A stretch of DNA of 63,445 nt, counting the filler. It is 6 parts of 6 records of this genome, joined end to end, with 100 filler letters (N's around TTAATTAATTAA, not from the genome) between each part and the next. Parts side by side here need not be neighbours in the genome. Positions count along the whole stretch, not along the records: positions 42,001 to 63,445 come from SRR20825010_4193; 5 more parts are not named here. One strand, given 5' to 3'. A model generated the notes under the pieces. That model was not told where the DNA came from, did not search any database, and was given only the letters and a program-made list of their open reading frames with translations. The first letter of the stretch is position 1; each line of letters opens with the position of its first letter. Shown piece by piece: positions 59,502-63,445 of the stretch. The translations under genes were made by a program, and so were the position numbers.

Positions 59502-60373
59502 GGGGTGTCCTGTTCAGTGACTGTCGGTTCGGCGCTGTCTTGCGAGGTATTCTGCGTGGCCCATTCCAGCACGGTTTTCAACAGTAGAGTGACCAGCGCC
59601 ATGGCGGCCAGCAGGCCGGCCGCGGTAAAAGCGCCCACGGTGTTGTAGTCCTGATTCCACATCTGCACCAGCAACGGCAGGGTCAGGGTCTGCCCGCGAA
59701 TCAGGCCGGAGACCACGCTCACCGCACCGAATTCGCCCACCGCCCGGGCGTTGGTGAGGACCACGCCATACAACAGTGCCCAGCGAATTTTCGGCAACGT
59801 GACGTACCAGAAGGCCTGCCACCCGGAGGCGCCAAGAATGATGGCCGCTTCTTCTTCGTGCTGGCCCTGGGACTCCATTAACGGAATCAGCACCCGTGCC
59901 ACATAGGGGCAGGTAACAAAGACGGTGACCATGACCATGCCGGGCAGGGCGAACATCAGTTGCACGCCCATGCCGCTGAACCAGTTACCCACCACGCTCT
60001 GCGCCCCGTACACCACCAGATAACACAGCCCGGCCACCACCGGGCTCATGGCGAAGGGGATGTCGATAAGGGTGCTGAGCAGCTTGCGGCCGCGGAACTC
60101 GTAACGGGTAACGCACCAGGCCAGCAGAATGCCGAACAGCAGGTTCACTGGCACGGTGATTAGCGCGACGATCAGGGTCAGCTTGATGGCGCCGAGCATG
60201 TCCGGGTTGGTCAGGTTCTGCTGCACCATGGCCCAGCCCTGGCTGAAGGCTTCGGTGAAAATCAGTGCCAGTGGCATCACCAGCAAGATGGCCACAGCCG
60301 CAAAGGCGGCCAGAATCAGTAGCCATTGGTGCCAGTGGCGGGGGCGTTCATGCATGGTTAATGCCCCTTCCAA
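59498..60373 (-). CDS. cysW: Sulfate/thiosulfate ABC permease CysW
   Basis: [12 protein letters not shown] and [26 protein letters not shown]. Confidence 0.95.
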   Translation of the reverse strand: MEGALTMHERPRHWHQWLLILAAFAAVAILLVMPLALIFTEAFSQGWAMVQQNLTNPDMLGAIKLTLIVALITVPVNLLFGILLAWCVTRYEFRGRKLLSTLIDIPFAMSPVVAGLCYLVVYGAQSVVGNWFSGMGVQLMFALPGMVMVTVFVTCPYVARVLIPLMESQGQHEEEAAIILGASGWQAFWYVTLPKIRWALLYGVVLTNARAVGEFGAVSVVSGLIRGQTLTLPLLVQMWNQDYNTVGAFTAAGLLAAMALVTLLLKTVLEWATQNTSQDSAEPTVTEQDTP

Positions 60374-61194
60374 CGGCGAGTGAGGCGGGACTGTACCAGC
60401 TGGATGCCGAACAACAGCACCAGTGACGCAATCAGGATGACCGAGGCCAGTGCACTGGCGGCGCCGTAGTCGAATTCATCCAGGCGAATGTTGACCAGCA
60501 GCGACAGAATCTCGGTTTCAAAGGGCATATTGCCGGCGATAAAAATCACCGCACCGTATTCGCCCAGGCTGCGGGTAAAGGCCAGGGCGGTGCCGGTGAG
60601 AAGTGCCGGCATCAGCTGCGCGAGAATCACCCGGGTAAAGGTGGCCATGGGCGTGGCGCCCAGGGTGGCGGCAGCTTCTTCCACGTCGGGCGTCAGGTCT
60701 TCGAGCACCGGCTGCACGGCCCGCACCACGAAGGGCAGGCTGGTGAAACTCATGGCGATCATGATGCCCAGCGGGGTGTAGGCCACGCTGATGCCGATGG
60801 CTTCAAACCATTGCCCCAGCCAGCCGTTGGCGGCAAACAGGGCTGACAGGGTGAGCCCAGCCACGGCGGTGGGCAGGGCAAAGGGCAAGTCCACCAATGC
60901 ATCCATCAGGCGCCGGCCGGGGAAGCGGTAGCGGGTGATCACCCAGGCCAGCAACAAACCGACTACAGCGTTAATGCCACTGGCGCCGGCGGCGGCTAGC
61001 AGGGTCACGCGGAAGCTGGCCAGTGAGCGGGGGTCGGTAATCACGCCCCAGTATTGGGCCCAGCTCATCTGTGACACATGAATGGCGAGCCCGGACAGGG
61101 GCACCAGAATCACCAGACAGATAAACAACACGCTCAGCGCGAAGCTGAGCGTGAAGCCGGGTAAAACGGAGTGTTGGGTTCGCAGTAGGGGCAC
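60358..61194 (-). CDS. cysT: Sulfate/thiosulfate ABC permease CysT (CysU)
   Basis: VLPGF, DLPFALPTAVAG and RSLGEYGAVIFIAGN. Confidence 0.95.
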   Translation of the reverse strand: MPLLRTQHSVLPGFTLSFALSVLFICLVILVPLSGLAIHVSQMSWAQYWGVITDPRSLASFRVTLLAAAGASGINAVVGLLLAWVITRYRFPGRRLMDALVDLPFALPTAVAGLTLSALFAANGWLGQWFEAIGISVAYTPLGIMIAMSFTSLPFVVRAVQPVLEDLTPDVEEAAATLGATPMATFTRVILAQLMPALLTGTALAFTRSLGEYGAVIFIAGNMPFETEILSLLVNIRLDEFDYGAASALASVILIASLVLLFGIQLVQSRLTRRWKGH

Positions 61195-61210
61195 TGTCTA
61201 TTGGCGCGGT

Positions 61211-62212
61211 TTAGCGCAGGCTCCGGGCCTTGGCTTGCAAGCGATCCAGCTCGCCACCAGACGCAAAGTGGGTCTTCTGGGCGTCCGCCCAGGAGCCAAA
61301 GTAGTCAGCCACTTCCAGCAGTTTTACTGGCGGGAACTGGTCGGCGGTTTCCTTCACTACGGTGTCGTTATGCACCCGGTAATTGAAGCCGGCCAGCAGT
61401 CGCTGAATGTCTTCACTGTAGAGGAAGTTCAAGTATTCAGTGGCGACTTTACGGGTGCCTTTCTGGTCCACCACCTTGTCCACCACGGTAACCGGGAATT
61501 CGGCTAGCACGGAGGTTTTCGGCACTACCACGTCGTAGTCGTCACTACCGTACTGCTTGCGGATATTGTTCACCTCCGACTCGAAGCTGATCAGCACGTC
61601 GCCAATTTCACGCTCGGCAAAGGTGACGGTGGCCGCGCGGCCACCGGAATCGAATACGGCGACGTTGGCGAGAAAGTGGGCCATGTAGTCCCGGACTTTT
61701 TCTTCGTCTCCGCCCAGGCGATCACTGGTTGCCATCCAGGCGGCCAGGTAGGTGTAGCGGCCGTTGCCGGAGGTCTTCGGGTTGGGGAAGACCACGCTGA
61801 CGTCTTCTTTCGCCAGGTCAGCCCAGCCCTGAATATTTTTTGGGTTGCCCTTGCGCACCAGGAACGCGGTGGTGGAATAGTAAGGGCTGGAGTTGTTGGG
61901 CAGGCGGGTATTCCAGTCCGCCGGAATCAGGTTGCCCTTGTCATGCAGTACATTGACGTCGGTGACCTGATTAAAGGTGACTACGTCCGCTTTCAGGCCC
62001 TGCAGGATAGCGCGGGCTTGCTTGGAGGAGCCGGAGTGGGACTGCTGAATGGAGACCTCTTCGCCGCTCATTTCCTGCCAGTGGGCCTGGAACTTGGGGT
62101 TCACGGCGGCAAACAGCTCACGGGCAATATCGTAGGAGCTGTTCAGCAGGGTCTGCTGGGCACTGGCAGTGCCGGCAATGGCCAGCAACAGGGCGGAAAT
62201 CCATACACGCAT
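61211..62212 (-). CDS. cysP: Thiosulfate/sulfate-binding periplasmic protein
   Basis: [39 protein letters not shown] and [10 protein letters not shown] are CysP-type rather than Sbp-type. Confidence 0.9.
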   Translation of the reverse strand: MRVWISALLLAIAGTASAQQTLLNSSYDIARELFAAVNPKFQAHWQEMSGEEVSIQQSHSGSSKQARAILQGLKADVVTFNQVTDVNVLHDKGNLIPADWNTRLPNNSSPYYSTTAFLVRKGNPKNIQGWADLAKEDVSVVFPNPKTSGNGRYTYLAAWMATSDRLGGDEEKVRDYMAHFLANVAVFDSGGRAATVTFAEREIGDVLISFESEVNNIRKQYGSDDYDVVVPKTSVLAEFPVTVVDKVVDQKGTRKVATEYLNFLYSEDIQRLLAGFNYRVHNDTVVKETADQFPPVKLLEVADYFGSWADAQKTHFASGGELDRLQAKARSLR

Positions 62213-62344
62213 GGTTTGTCCTCACAAATGGGTCGGCGTTGGTCAACACGAACGAGGTTCAAGTCTATATAACCAGACGCTAATTAAAAGCGGTTCGCCT
62301 GGAACGAATCGCTATAACGATATGAGCCGTCCGGGCCCGGGCGT

Positions 62345-63445
62345 TTAGCCCGGGTTGCGCGGATCGGTGCCCAGCAGGGAGTTGCTGTAGGCCTGGGCGA
62401 TGGTCACGTCTACGAATTTACCGATCAGGTCGGTGTCATCGCACTGGAAGTTCACCACCCGGTTGTTTTCGGTACGGCCCTTGAGCTGGCCCGGGTCTTT
62501 TTTGGAAAAACCGTCTACCAGAATGCGCTGGGTGCTGCCTACCATCTTGCGGGAGATGTCCTGGGCGTTCTGGTTGATGCGCTGCTGGAGAATGGCCAGG
62601 CGTTGCTTCTTTACGTCCATGTCCACGTCATCGGGCAGGTCCGCAGCCGGAGTGCCGGGGCGGGCGCTGTAGATGAAACTGAAGGACATGTCGAAGCCGA
62701 TGTCATGGATCAGGTTCATGGTGTCTTCGAAATCCCGGTCGGTTTCGCCGGGGAAACCGATGATGAAATCCGAGCTGAAGGAAATGTCCGGGCGAATGCG
62801 CTGGAGCTTGCGCAGCTTGCTCTTGTATTCGAGCACCATGTGGTTGCGCTTCATCATGGCCAGAATGCGGTCCGAGCCGGACTGCACCGGCAGGTGCAGG
62901 TGGCTGACCAGCTCAGGGACTTCTTCGTACACCTGAATCAGTGCATCGGAGAATTCCACCGGATGGCTGGTGGTGTAGCGAATGCGGTCGATGCCGTCGA
63001 TATCGCGGATCAGGCGGATCAGGTCGGCCAGATCCAGCGTATCACCGTCGGCACCTACACCTTGGTAGGCATTCACGTTCTGACCTAATAAGTTGACCTC
63101 GCGAACACCCATGTCGGCCAGGTGCTGGATTTCCTTGAGCACTGGCTGAACCGGGCGACTGACTTCTTCCCCGCGGGTGTAGGGGACCACGCAGAACGTG
63201 CAGTACTTGGAGCAGCCTTCCATGATGGATACGAAGGCGGACGGGCCGTCCACACTGGGTTCCGGCAGATTGTCGAACTTTTCGATTTCCGGGAAGGTCA
63301 CATCAATGGCCAGCTCGCGGGTGCTGGCGGCCTGGGTGATCAGCCCGGGCAGGCGATGCAGGGTCTGGGGGCCGAAAACCACGTCCACATAGGGTGCGCG
63401 GTCGCGGATGGCATCGCCTTCCTGGCTGGCCACACAGCCGCCCAC
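62345..63445 (-). CDS. miaB: tRNA methylthiotransferase MiaB (5' part outside window)
   Basis: GCVASQEG, radical-[33 protein letters not shown] and a TRAM domain. Confidence 0.97.
   Translation of the reverse strand: MGGCVASQEGDAIRDRAPYVDVVFGPQTLHRLPGLITQAASTRELAIDVTFPEIEKFDNLPEPSVDGPSAFVSIMEGCSKYCTFCVVPYTRGEEVSRPVQPVLKEIQHLADMGVREVNLLGQNVNAYQGVGADGDTLDLADLIRLIRDIDGIDRIRYTTSHPVEFSDALIQVYEEVPELVSHLHLPVQSGSDRILAMMKRNHMVLEYKSKLRKLQRIRPDISFSSDFIIGFPGETDRDFEDTMNLIHDIGFDMSFSFIYSARPGTPAADLPDDVDMDVKKQRLAILQQRINQNAQDISRKMVGSTQRILVDGFSKKDPGQLKGRTENNRVVNFQCDDTDLIGKFVDVTIAQAYSNSLLGTDPRNPG

Noticed and set aside
62213..62344. Possible CysB-type sites upstream of cysP
   Set aside because: AT-rich patches are present and CysB control is plausible, but I cannot define a convincing motif by eye.

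Overview
This window is not one locus. It is six unrelated contigs joined by artificial 100-nt linkers (44 N + TTAATTAATTAA + 44 N) at 6877-6976, 17374-17473, 27004-27103, 37220-37319 and 41901-42000. Taxonomic labels are inferred from base composition and protein style. (1) 1-6876, GC-rich marine gammaproteobacterium (Marinobacter-like): acyltransferase, RNase II, diguanylate cyclase and the tail of a copA operon containing an unannotated 39-aa His-tailed membrane peptide. (2) 6977-17373 and (3) 17474-27003, Flavobacteriaceae: MacAB-TolC-type exporter cluster, tsaB, mscS, a dihydroorotase homologue lacking its metal ligands, a cysteine-free endonuclease III, an ECF sigma factor followed by an unannotated 47-aa gene, and part of uvrA. 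(4) 27104-37219, more AT-rich Flavobacteriaceae: a DUF6607 / TonB receptor / HmuY / DoxX heme-uptake-like locus with Fur-box-like sites, ffh, a probable deleted four-helix-bundle gene remnant, and folD. (5) 37320-41900, alphaproteobacterium-like: TetR plus an RND pump. (6) 42001-63445, Alcanivorax-like: the miaB-phoH-ybeY-corC-lnt-leuS backbone interrupted by cysPTWA, a duplicated beta-propeller lipoprotein, a catalytically dead rhomboid / lipoprotein / B-box membrane protein trio, and a persulfide dioxygenase-DUF442-SulP operon with a perfect 22-bp palindrome abutting its promoter. I saw no rRNA, tRNA, CRISPR array, transposase, integrase or recognisable defence system. The best candidates for undescribed biology are the pseudo-rhomboid module, the ECF plus 47-aa peptide unit, the cop micropeptide and the DUF6607-HmuY locus. 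All family assignments come from motif recognition, not database searches.
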